A DNA stretch of 64,000 bases. Source: Ascidiella aspersa (Eukaryota). Below are positions 36,801 through 48,963 of the stretch, piece after piece. Numbering within the stretch: position 1 is the first letter of the stretch; each line of letters opens with the position of its first letter. The translations under genes were made by a program, and so were the position numbers. The DNA is taken from positions 11,470,001-11,534,000 of the forward strand of contig OZ004614.1 of NCBI GenBank assembly GCA_963924565.1, in the 5' to 3' direction. Under the pieces are notes generated by a model. It ran no database searches. It saw only the letters and a list, made by a program, of their open reading frames with translations, and was not told the origin of the DNA.

Positions 36801-39800
36801 CAGTGGCAAAGCAAACGCCACCAAATCCCAAGCCGATGGCCGAAACGACTGATTTTTGCACCCAGTCGCTGCAATATAGCAAATGCACACAGCTTGCTTT
36901 CTGCGGGGAACAACGCTAGGTGTATGGGAAGGGGGCTACCTAGCTCTGGCGCCATGACCCGCATTAATATTTCAACACCCCTCCGCGTCTGAAGTGTGTC
37001 AAACCGCACCGAACGAAAGCCACTAAAGTGACGCCCCAAAGCAAGCAGTTATAAACGCAAAACACAAACTGGTAAATAATAAAGAACAGCAAAACGTCGC
37101 AGTCAACACCATGTCCACTTCATAAGTTATTTTTAAAGCATTCCTATAAGATCGCATAACTGTTATCTAGCTATTAGTAATATAAACACGTCTGTTACAG
37201 TAGTTCAGCAGTGGGTTAAATATAAACACGTCTATTACAGTAGTTCAGTAGGGGGTTAAGTAAATTTTCGAAAGATCAAAAACCGTAATCCAGTCTCGTG
37301 GTTCAAGTCTCCTAGAGACAATTACAATTACCAGAGGAGCTGTTTTTGATTTATATCTCCTAGAGACCGTCAACAAAAAATAACGAAGTAATTGAAGTCA
37401 AAAAAAATATAGCGTTCTTTACGACCCAGAAATACAATTGCATCGCCAAAAACAGTTCCGACGGCATGCGTCGTTCGACGTCACAGAAGGCAGCGCAGGG
37501 ATGGCGCAGTGCACGTCAGACGAAATCTATTTTTATCGACGCGCAATGGATTTGGACCAAACGAAAAAACGGGCGTTTCTCGGGCCTTTTTTTAAGCGAA
37601 TGTAATGACGGCTTGAAACTCACTCTTGGCGTGGAGAATATAACAGGTGAGTGTATTTATGGCTATAGTGGGAAATCCAGGGGAAAATAATTATTGACAG
37701 CTAATTTTAAGATAAATTTTACACATTTTTTTTTATAAAAAAAAACACAGGGTCACAATGGGCGAGGTAAAATCATATGCTGGTGATTTACTAATATGCC
37801 TATAAATACTGAATTGTGACCTTAATTTAAACGTGATCGTAAATTTGGCAGTAGAAGGTCTATTCATACTCCTGTCAACGTTGAAAGCAGTCGAACCGCC
37901 GACATCAAATCGAACGAGAAGCAAACAACACGGGACACTTCTGGATACGGAAAATATTTGCGCGAGGGATTAAACAGTTCGTTCTAAAAATAGCGCGGGC
38001 TCGCTAACAAGCGAGAATGGCGTCGGGTGGAAAAAGCGCTCTTTGTTGTGACGTGATAATGAAGTATCGCGTTTCTACGGGGGAACGCAAGCAAGCAATG
38101 GCCAACGAATTCCTACTCGAAGGAAGACTCGCTATTTGCGAGTTGTAGAATCCTTCTGGTTAATGTAACCAAACCAACCGGGCCTTGTATAACTGTAGAG
38201 ATAATATCCCATCAGGTTAACACTATTTTAACGCTTCCTTTTAAAGGCCCATCGCTCAGCATGTATGCGTATGTTTCCAAATGTTGCGAAATGTGTTTTT
38301 GGTGTTCGCTTAATATGACGCCAGTAATGAAGGTTCGTTAAAAAATAAGTCGGCCGTGGCCCAAAAGTTCACTTTATTGCGCAACACTGTCGGAGTTTGA
38401 CCCAGTTAAATGAGTCATAGAGGCCGAAGCAGTCCGGGGTAAATCACCATTACGTGCCGCACACACGCTGTGATGTGATATCGCACTGGCGGTCGTCAAA
38501 AGGTCCTGGTTGTAAAGAGTAAGCGAGAAAGGCGGGACCAACATTAAAATAAAGTCGATCAAATTTGGACCTACACTTTAAGGTTGCAGCGGCAGAAATC
38601 TTCACTAATACATAAAATATTAGCGAAGCATTGCGAAGTGCTGTATGTTGGCTAATCCTGTTAAAGTGACAACTTCTAATGAGAATGATGCCGAGTGTGA
38701 ATTTCTGGGAAAATCACTAGGCAACACTACGCGCGTATGACTGTCACACAAAAATTCGAATCACTTAAATTTGATTGTCCTTAACCTAAAACGTGGATTG
38801 TCCTTAACCTAAAACGTCCCGGATTACAAGCGAAAATCACATGCATTTTACATAAATAGAAGGTTAGATATTAAAAGAAAAATTTTGAAGACTCGAGTTT
38901 CTTTAAACTGTGACCTATTACCTATACAGTGTGGTTTTATTACAGTCGGTGTGAACAAGTGGTTGATTACAGTACCTTGTTCGTGACACAGTAATAAATA
39001 AAGCATTAGACGTGGTTTCGGATAGATCACACACACATTACTAAGACGGCTGCCCTTTCAATATCGGTCCGATCAAGATTAGAAGGTAGGATTAGTATCA
39101 CAGTAAGACCCTGGTTGAAATTATACGTCCATCGCACCGAAGCGCGACTGGTAAACCTGGGTGATTTGGGTTGCTTTAGGTTTAGGAGGAACAATACGCC
39201 CTGAACTCTATGATTAATTTCGATTGCTGATCGATAGCTTGGTTTAAAAAAATAAACACTATTTGTTAAAAAAAAACTCGTAAAAATCGCGCCTTCAGTT
39301 ACTCGACGTATAACTACTGTATTGTGGGCGGAAAACAAATCGGATTGCACAACTCAAAAGCTACTTAGGATATGACAAAGGCAAACGGTTTGCGTGCGAG
39401 CTGGTGGTCCAATTGCTCACAGGGCGCATCCACAATTAGTGCACAGCGCCAGTCGAACGGCGCAAATTATAAATCGCAACTGGCATTTCCCGCATAATGT
39501 ATTTCCTGGTGCATTATCGCCAAACAGTTAACCCGACGACCTTCCTTGCATAGTCATGCGGCGAGTTTGTTTGCGGGTCATTTTCGCTAAACCACTGGGG
39601 CGAAATAAATTTTCAACATTGAAAGTTACTATTGGTGACTTTTGAAAGACGCTCGGATAAAACATTGCATTGGCTGAGCGCAGTCAGACAACAAAGTGAC
39701 CCAAGTGTATTTTTAACTTCCAGGGATTTGAAAACCGTCTTCAGCCTGGAGTGTTATACAATAATTAAAGCGAGTACATTGCCTTTCTAATGATGTCACC

Positions 39801-42800
39801 ACATTTAGTCCACGTAATACTTCTGTCATGAACGAGTGTGGGAAAGCGAGACCTCGCCAGCAACAGCATACCAGCTTATAACATTCGAAGAACCTTCTTC
39901 TACCATAGACGGTCGACTTTTTGCGTGTAAAAAGGGCGACTTCGACAGGAATCAAGATCCGCCGTGCGCATGGCAAGGTGGTGAATAATGTATGAGCTGG
40001 GAAGCGCGGACGTTGCGAAACCGAAGATACCGCGTCTCATGTGGCACTGGGTGCCTTTACTTCCATGCGAGGAAAGGCAAGTGCCATGCGGGAACTAGAA
40101 ACTGTTTGCTTTATAATGGACCATATGCGAGACATATACCTCTACATTACACCTTTTTTAAATTTGTAAAGAGTAGGGTGGATCGGTGCACCGGTTGAGG
40201 TCTACGAATTATTTTAGGAAAACACATTTATTATGCTATTAGCGTTTCAATAGTGTTAACTAGGGGACATCAATTGGCTGTTTAGGTTGATTTTTACATA
40301 ATTTTAATGTAAACTTTTTATTGATTGTCTCGCGATGGTTCACTCCCAAGGATACAGCGTAGACGATAAACCTTTCTACCCAAACTATCTTCACCACTAA
40401 GCTGTCACGAAATGTGAAACCGCTACATTCTGGGACGCGAGATAAGACCTGCCGAACCAAGTTATGAGACAAAGGCGGTGGCTGATTGCCGGTTGCAGGG
40501 CTATAATTACCCGTGGTAAATAAGCACGCGCGTCAATGCACTGAAGAGAAGAAGCTGACATCCGGATGCGACTGGTTAAGTAGATTGAGCGAGCTTTCTA
40601 AACTCCGCGCACAAACGAAGCCAGCGACCTCATTTTTGCCATTCGTTGCCAGGGTTGGGAAACTGCAGTGCGTCAGTGCGCATTTCAGGGATTTGTGGGA
40701 TTAGAAAGCTTAAGGAAATGAAATCGCAGCACGTTAATGACGGTCGTCACTGGCCTTGCCCGCTCAACACTTAGTGTGCTGTACGTACAGCTGAAAGAAG
40801 TGCTTGGGTGTTTTAAACCCGGTAATCATACACGCGCACTTTATAATCCCAAGAAATTCAGCAGCTCACATCATACCCTTTTTAGAAAAGTTCTCCGGTT
40901 CTTAAACATTAAGTGGTCCGCACTGGTGTGTTCATTCACAAAAAAGCACCACCTGAGAGCGAGTGTGATTTCCCCGGTAACATTCAGTTTTGCGTGAATT
41001 TGATCGATCAGGATTTCCTTTTAAACTCGTGGGAAACGCCGCAAGTTCACTTCCTGGTGTGACACGGCGGCTTTTCGTGCTTCCGCGTGTGACAACATGG
41101 TACCGCTTTCTATGGAGGAATAGAGAAAGCAGTTTCATGTTTGACAATGGACGAAATTATAATTTCGTTTTGAAATAAACCCGCTCCGGACAGCATGGCA
41201 TGAATGTTTATGATACACCTGTTTTTCACAGTTGATTGCTCGTTTCCACATTGACTAATACCTTGCGAATTTCGACATAAAGAAAGTGTTGTTTTTCTGA
41301 TCTCAATATCACGATTTCGCTCGCCTCTGTGACGAAACAATGAGGCAGCAACACAGACGCAACACGCGACAGAAAACAAAGAAACCGAAAGCGAACATCG
41401 TCAGCAACCAGGACACTTTGCTGTGTGTATATGTTGCTTCGATATCGTTCTTTAATCGTCAACGCCGCACTGTCTTCGTATAACATAACACAAAGATACA
41501 AGCGTTGAATTCAATCTAAAGCGCGTCCGATTGTCGTAAAGTTCCAAAAGAACAATTCTAATTTGTTTTTAGGTTTTACCACTCATAACCGCCAATTCGT
41601 ATAAGGCGTTCAAAGTATACGCAGTAATTTTTAGGGACGCGTCTTGGTCGCGGCAGTTTCCTGTGGCCATCGCGCGGGCGGACAAAGGATGGAAACGACG
41701 TGGCAGCGTTCCGGTCGCGTGAGCTTATGCTGCGCCGTAAACAACGAGACAGATGTGCGCGAAACAGCAGCAGTGGCGACCACGCCACGCAAGAGCAATA
41801 AAACGAGCAGCGCATCGGTGCTGTAAAGGCGATGGCGACAGCAGCGATGAATCAGAATCAGCACAAGAACCCCCAGCGCTCCGTCGCCGCAACTGCTGTT
41901 GTATCTGCTGCTGGCACGCTACGTTGACCAGGTCGAGCCTGGTACGAGCCGAAGTTGCTTTGATGAGCCGACGCTCAACAGTCGCGCGAACAAACGATAA
42001 CGCCGCTCGGGCGAAGGTAAGCGTTTTATTGCCGCCCGTGCGAGCAAACCTACGCGCGCGCGGTGCACAAGTCAGCCGTCTGGCTCCCATCCGTCCGGAT
42101 GCAGCCGCCACTTGTTGCCGCGCGGTCGTCGATCGTACGCCCTTTCTTTGTGTTTCCGAGGAGCAGTTTCGCACACGCAACAGGTAGCAGTTCGAACTAT
42201 GATACAGATTTGCCTCCCAGCGCCAAATGGCAATCAAGCAGCATTACAATTGGTCTCATGCCGAACGTTATTTACCGGGCGACCGTTTAGAGCAGTGATT
42301 CCCAAACTTTTTTTCTCGCGTACCATTTTGAGCTTCTGTACAGTGTTCATGTACCACCTAAGTTACATCCGACTAGAATATCTCAAAGTATAACTATTTT
42401 AGCATGTAGCTGTATTAAAGTTTAACAAATGTCATTCAAGGAAGACATAAAAGCCATAAATTAAACAAACAAAGCACAGCAGATAGTTCTAATGCGATAG
42501 ATGTAGTTGTTTGTTCTCCACCATCTGCTAACAATTGACGTTTTATTATCTTGAACAAGATAAGTGTTACGTCATAAACGTGCGAAATCTCAAATTAAAG
42601 GTAACTAAAACGCAACATTGCAAATTTCCCAATCTGAAAGTTTCCGGAAATTTATACAGATGCTTTAGTCGCGTACCACCTGAAAGACTCTCGCGTACCA
42701 CCGGCGGTACGCGTACCACAGTTTGGGAACCACTGGTTTAGAGAAAAGAGGCCAAACCACGCTAGGCGCAAACGATCAAACGGCTTGAAAACGTTAAGGC

Positions 42801-45800
42801 GAGTAGCTAGTTTAAAGTCCACCGGGATGAAATCGTTCGACCTTGAATGCTCTGCCGTGCTGTGGCGGCGTGCGGTTAAACGTTGCCGTCACACAGTTGT
42901 TTTTTTGCGGAGCGAGGACGTGACGTCGTACACGTTGCCTGGGGTGATGCATCACAAACGAAGAGGTGTCGCAGAAATGTGCTGGCCAGCTTCCCAACGA
43001 CGTAAAACAACAACAACAACAACCAGGGACTAACTCCCAGAGTTGCTATCTAAAGACGTTAACATTCTGTAGATAAATAGAATTCTTCTACGTGCTAGTT
43101 TGCACTTTTGCCAAAACGTTTCTGCAGTTAGAATGGCGGCAAAGGTGAAAGCAAACGTTAACCAGTAACTCTTATCAACGAGGCTAGGCGTTCAACAAGA
43201 GATCTCTAGCTGAAAGACAACAAACAAGCGCGTCGCGTAGGAAGCCGAGCAGTTGGTTTGCCTGCCAGCGCCATTTGCACCGCGGCATTCACACTAGCGG
43301 GTTTATTCTTTTCACTTGCAACAAGGGATCTTATATGGGCTTGGCGCATCCAAAGGCAGTCTGTCAAGCAGTGTCGGCGGCATTGGGCAGGCTGTGAGAC
43401 GCGAAGCAGAAGCCGGGGCCAATCGATTCCTCGAATGGGACTCGACATCTGTCTGGGCCAGCGCGCTCACCATTTCTCCCGGGAGTAATAAGAAGAGACG
43501 AGTGGGCGCGATGAGTCGAGAGAGGGGAGTGGGTACAACAACACGGGCGCGACTGGAAATGGCACGAAACCGATTCTGTCGTATCCCTTGCCCTCTCCGT
43601 CCTATTGCTGACGCCAGCAATCTGTTTTTTTCAGCACCGCCCTGGCCGACGAGGTCGTTCATCAGACGCCGTCGCGGCACACTTGCCAGTCTGACGGTTT
43701 AGCTGCCGACGCGTTCCTAACTGTTTGATCATGAAAGTCACCGCCGAATTGGGAAGTGCCGCGTTGGGGGAATACAACAGTATTATAGCACACCACAGGA
43801 AGCGCATCAACCGTGAAAACAAAACGACAAGGGTAAACAAATGCCTTTACCACACTATTATTTACCCCATTCGTATGAGAACCATTCAACGGCGCGTTGT
43901 TTAACGGCAACAGCGCTTTAAATGCCGTTGCTTTTAAGTTTCCGGCAAAATTCATTTCTCAGTCCTGTTCTTGTCCAAACAGCGAGCCGTCAATTTTCCA
44001 CTTAAAGCGACACCACAGAAAGGCCCATCGGAAACGGTCGCTGAGCTATTATTACGTCACAGTGAGGTGGCATCGCGCGTTGCTGGGTCGGAGGGCCGAG
44101 ACGAACGGTGTGCTGCGCCAAAAACGTTGTTTTGGTTTCGAACGCCAAACAATGCGTCGGCGCCCGATAAACCATCGTTCAGCGCGCCGCGTATGACAGT
44201 AACGAAGTGTTTACAAAACAAAGCGTCGCAATGCAGCAGCATCGGCATCAGCAGCAACAACGGTCCCGAGAGTTCGGGGGGCAATTGTGAATAACTGGGG
44301 GATGATTAGCCAGTCCTGCGAGCGGATGTTTTGGTTTGACCATTGGCGACGCATGAATCACCCGCTCGCTTCTAAACAGAACAAACGATGCGCAGAAATA
44401 CCCTCGCGCAAAGAATGCAATAGCGGGATTTCCGAAAGCCGGAAGTTCTAAGCAGCGAATTCGGAGCTGTGCAAGTAGTTTTTTTCTGGGGTCGATTTTG
44501 ACGAAAAATATTCTTTAAAAAAGTCCTGAATCACTGTTTCATCACAGCTGGAACGGGTGTGTGAAGGCGGGGACTGTAGTGCAAACACACGACAAGACAG
44601 CACTGGGTTTTGAACTTTGGTCTGCATGCTCGACAATAACACATTGGTGATCAGCAGCACTCGGTTTAAACGATTAATGGAGTAGGCCTAGGAATTTAGT
44701 CAAATTGGCATATCAATAAATGAACGAGTTCTTTACTTTAATTGTAATTGAAAGATGTTTTGATGCAGCGTGTTTCGATTTGGAATTCGCAAATATGTAC
44801 ATATGTTATATTATAAGGTCAAATAATGTGCCACGCAGAAGCTGTCGCATATTTTCCTCAAAAAATCGTTGTGGCCAGAATGACCCTTCGGGTTCAGGTG
44901 ACTTTGCGCTTTGATTCACGACTAACCGTAGCGTAATTTTACTTTGTATAGGCATTATCTATAAGCGTCTCACAGAAACCGGCCCAGACAAGTCCGGGCC
45001 CACCCATAACCGACCGTAGTTCCATCCGGGCGGGCGAGCACACAGCGACTAGAAAGCGTCACCGCAGCCAGCCAACAGGCGCCTGGAATGTGAAGCACGC
45101 ACCTCGTTCACAGCAGCTCTTTTGCCGGACGGAGAAATAAGAGCTGGGGCTGAAATGACCGGCACACTGCGGTGGTTTGCAGCGAATGTTAGCCGTTTTT
45201 TTTAAGGTTTTTGATGCCGAAATGGTTATTTTGCGGTTTAGGCGCCTTTGTACCAAACCCTAAAAACAACAAAGGCGGGGTTCTACAGCATACACGCCCT
45301 ACCCTTTATAAATTGCGCGCACAGCAAGGCTTCAAATGCAGTATGTTATAAAGTAAAAGCCTCTACTTAAATCAAAAGCGTCCAGCAGCAAAAAATTGGT
45401 TTTACTCTGTAAAAGATGTGATCGCACACAACTAACACAAGAGCTGACAAGGATGCCGACCGGTTCCAAGCTAAACAACAAGTGCGGAAAAGGGCGTACT
45501 GGCGTCGACTAAAACGGTGGCCTTACTGGCGTCGACAAAAACGGTGGTTCAAAGTGGCACGTGAATCGATCTCGCGGGTGCGTGGGTAAGCCAGGCACCT
45601 GGCAGGCTTAAGCAAGCACGCACCTTCCGTAACCTCGTGTACACGAGACGCGCCTCGCAAGCCAAACAAAGGAACGAGAACTGTTGGAGGCCGAGTGGGG
45701 TCGGCTGCGCGTGTTGGCCTTTGAACGGTATCCATTCGAAAACACGGGTCAAACGCCGGATACGGCAGGCACGTTGCTGCGCTCTTTTTAGTGCGTGGCG

Positions 45801-48800
45801 AATATAAAAACTTGTCACCGACTAGCTGCTGTTAAAGTAAATTGAAATTGTATTCGGGGCAAGTTCGCTCTGAGCGTCGGAAAATGCGGTTCGCTACTCT
45901 CAATAAACGTGACACGGTTTTCCCTGGCAAATCTAGCCTTGACGTCACCACGAGGCGTCACCGACCAGTTCAAATAGGCTTATTCCGCCCCACATAGTCC
46001 GCCCGTATTTAGCGTTTTGCCACGTCTGAATTGCAGGCGCGACACTCCCAGCACGGCGGAACGTTTGCCGTCGGCACACTTTCACATTTCCACACTTTCT
46101 TGCTTTGCGAGTTTGTGTCAACTTATCGCGTCTGCATTTTTGTTTTGTAGTTTTTCCCATGTGGGGCGGTATTATATGCCAAATGCGCTTTACTTTCCAC
46201 TGCGTGCAAGCTCAGACATAAATATAGAAAGCGGCTTCACTAGCTCTGTAACAAAGTTAACCCTTGGAAATGCATACACAAACCAAAACATTGTAAAATT
46301 AGCATTTGACGTTAGATACCATTCTGACAAACGCAACCTGGTCGGCAACAAACACTACCAAGAACTACTTTGCTTGTGTTTACGCGAGGGCTCTCCGTGT
46401 TTAGAGGTTCAGGCTTTCGTCCGTTGAAAGCCGTCTTTTGAGCGCTGAAGGTTGCTGGACAATTAGAAGCGCCGGGCAACGTCGGGGAACCCTCTGTTTG
46501 CTTTCGAGGTTAGGTGCTGCGCGCCGTTGTAAAGTGCTGCTTTAACCTCGTTTAATGTGCATTGAGTGGATGGTTCTGGTTTGGCAACTTGGTGTGAGCC
46601 GCTTTGTAGATGCGACGTGTCCAAAAACGGATTGCGACATTTAAAAAGGCGATTTGCATGGTGGCCCCAAGCTTTTGCTAATGCTTTTTTTAGTATGGTT
46701 CTAGCGCTAAACAAACAGCAACATAATATTTTACCAACCAGCAGCTACTCAAGGCTGTCCGCAGCTTACGATAAAAAACACAAGGTATACATTGAGACAG
46801 TCCCGTCGATAAAGTGTTGACGACATTCGAAAAAACTCGAAGCGCAGTATGAAAAAACTCCGTGGGCTGATAACAGGACAAAACCATCAGGTCGCTTGTA
46901 AAATTGGCCAATTATATGCAGCAAGGGGAAATCAAAGGAGCGCTGGAAGAGCCGATTTTGCACAGGCGCAATCAAATCATGCAATTGGAACCTTAATAAC
47001 GGTTGAAACATGGGGAGGGGTTTCTAAATATGGTTGACGCAAAACGGTCGCATGCGAACATAACAACTCTACAGAAGCTGGTAGAATTTTAATAATCGTA
47101 CTTTAATTTTGTATGTTTACAACCAGATTATGGTATTTGATAAGGCACTGCTATTCTACGTCATAAATCAACTTTGAAGATCAAATTGAATCACAAAATA
47201 TACAAAAAATAAGCAATAAACATACCTGCATAAACCGTTCCACCTCCTCCAACTCCAATAATGCCTCTGATGTCGTAAATCTTCTTAAAGGCGGAAGAGG
47301 ATCGTTGCTGTGGATCGCTGCTGACGAGGGGAGGAGCTATGCGGATAACACTGGCGGATATGGACGTTGTCGCTGGAACACTTGGATCCTCAAAGACCAC
47401 AGACGTTTGCTGTTGTTGAGAAGTAGGTTGCTCGACAGAAACTTGGATTGTGGGCTCCGGGACAGTGTTATCTTGCTTTCGACGTTGCTGACTCCTGGTG
47501 TGGTATCTGATCGGAGCGGCATCTTCTTGTGGAGCATATGGGTTGTTGTTATTGTTCTCGTCTGTGCCATTTTTCTTCGCTGTACTTCTCAAAAAATACC
47601 GCTCCCCAGTTGTCATAGGAGAAGCGAACACGGGCGATTCACTTTCTGTTGCATAGTAACAAGGTTGCTGCTGTTGATATGACATCATAGATGTGGGTAC
47701 TGGGGAAGAAGAAACAATTCTTCCCACTGGAGGTCGTCCCACTCTTTTGGTTGGTCCCTTCTTTGCTCGTCGAACATTTTTTGCGGGCTTGGAAGGAGGT
47801 GCAGCGGCAAAAGGATTAGCTTTGCTCAACGCAACATCATTAGTATTAATGACAACATCACCAAGCCGTTGCTGTGGAGGTTTGGGAGCGGGTTCCATAG
47901 AAACGAAAACAACGTCGTCGTCCTCAGCACAGTTGTCATTCTTGGATCTCTTGTGCTGATGTTGCTCTGATGCATCCCGAGAAGTCATCTGGGAGGAGTC
48001 GCACAATCTTACTCCATTAACTCCAGCTGTGACCTCACTAGTGGAGGAAGACACTCGGCAACCGGCTCCATTGTGAGAAGCGTCTTCATCCGCTCGTCGC
48101 TTTCTTGGAGAAACTCCATTGATTGATGACGAAGAGCTTAATGATGAGGAAGAATATGAAGATAGGGTTGAAGACGTTGACATGTCGGAAACTTTCTTGC
48201 TTGAAGACGAGAAGATCACTGGCTGGTGATGGGAGTAATGTACCGATGACGAAGCTTGGAATAAAGCAGGATGAATGTGGTGGTTGCTTTGGCTCACTAT
48301 GCTTCCCAGACTTCCACCGACACTACCAGCGGTCGGTGATGGAGGGGCAGATGACAATGACATCTTGCTGTCCCGGACAACGGTGCAATCACCACAAGCT
48401 CCTGTCGCACTAAATCGGTTCTTGTTCTTCAGCTCTTCGTTTGTGAAACCGAACGATGGGGATTGAACAGGATGATGACGTTGGCGGTAGTAGGCTTGTC
48501 TCCTTGCTGCCTGTTCCGAGGAAGGATTCGCTTGAACTAGCAGAGGTTGCGTAGGGGGCTGCATAGATACAGCAATCCCTGAAGGACCAGCAAACACGTT
48601 GTTGTTGTCACTGCGGCATTTTGGCACCTTATACTGCCGCTGCTCGATAGGGGTTTGAACCAAGCAGCCTTGGTAAATCGGGGCGTGCTCAACCCGCGGA
48701 GACATCAAGAGCTTCTCGTTTTCTTGATGACAGTAATCGACGTGGTTCATCGGAGCGTTGCGGTGGACAGGGACAGAAGAAGGAATTCCATTTGAGGCAA

Positions 48801-48963
48801 ACCAAATGGCATCGTGGTCGGGAACACTCAGGCAGTTGAGTGCGTTGTGGACCTGATTGGTCACCAGCTGACAAACGCCCACTGTTGAATTAGACGAGTT
48901 TGGTGAGAAGGGGCAATAGCTGACTGCACTTTGACCAAGGTGGTGAAAGTTGTCGGTGGACAT
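33337..48963 (-). CDS. PIM: Pim-family serine/threonine protein kinase with long N-terminal extension (about 904 aa, 5 coding exons)
   Basis: Exons 48963-47226, 35888-35748, 34901-34756, 34344-34213, 33894-33337. All introns are GT-AG, phases 1,1,0,0 are compatible, total 2715 nt = 905 codons. Kinase motifs: [16 protein letters not shown], Pim-specific hinge [57 protein letters not shown]. Confidence 0.95.
34213..34344 (-). CDS. PIM: Pim kinase coding exon 4 (catalytic loop, DFG)
   Basis: ccaccag|ATC GTG GAA...; encodes [11 protein letters not shown]...[11 protein letters not shown]; donor AAG|GTAAC. Confidence 0.95.
34756..34901 (-). CDS. PIM: Pim kinase coding exon 3 (hinge ERPQP)
   Basis: ctacag|GC GTG ATC...; encodes [31 protein letters not shown]...IFRQ; donor CAG|GTGCG. 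Confidence 0.95.
35748..35888 (-). CDS. PIM: Pim kinase coding exon 2 (VAIK, alphaC)
   Basis: tttgctttcag|GA ACC CGC...; encodes [37 protein letters not shown]; donor AAAG|GTAAC. Confidence 0.93.
37179..37258. repeat. 40-bp tandem duplication (x2)
   Basis: aatataaacacgtctgttacagtagttcagcagtgggtta repeated with 3 mismatches. Confidence 0.85.
38773..38817. repeat. 23-bp tandem duplication (x2)
   Basis: gattgtccttaacctaaaacgt(g) twice. Confidence 0.85.
42293..42735. mobile_element. Buster/Charlie-type MITE (443 bp) in Pim intron 1
   Basis: TIR CAGTGATTCCCAAACT / AGTTTGGGAACCACTG (15/16); perfect TSD GTTTAGAG; GCGTACC subterminal repeats. Confidence 0.92.
45497..45547. repeat. 27-bp tandem duplication (x2)
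   Basis: tactggcgtcgac(t/a)aaaacggtgg twice, separated by cct. Confidence 0.8.
47226..48963 (-). CDS. PIM: Pim kinase coding exon 1 (disordered N-terminus plus glycine-rich loop)
   Basis: 590-aa ORF whose end reads [19 protein letters not shown], followed by donor G|GTATG at 47225. Confidence 0.9.

Noticed and set aside
41576-46430. Many overlapping 70-170 aa ORFs on both strands in Pim intron 1
   Set aside because: Arg/Ala/Cys-rich translations typical of GC-rich non-coding DNA; no domain motifs and no consistent exon chains. Only the 41670-41580 candidate was kept, as a hypothesis.
47305-48874. Plus-strand and alternate-frame ORFs overlapping Pim exon 1
   Set aside because: Shadows of the 590-aa coding frame.
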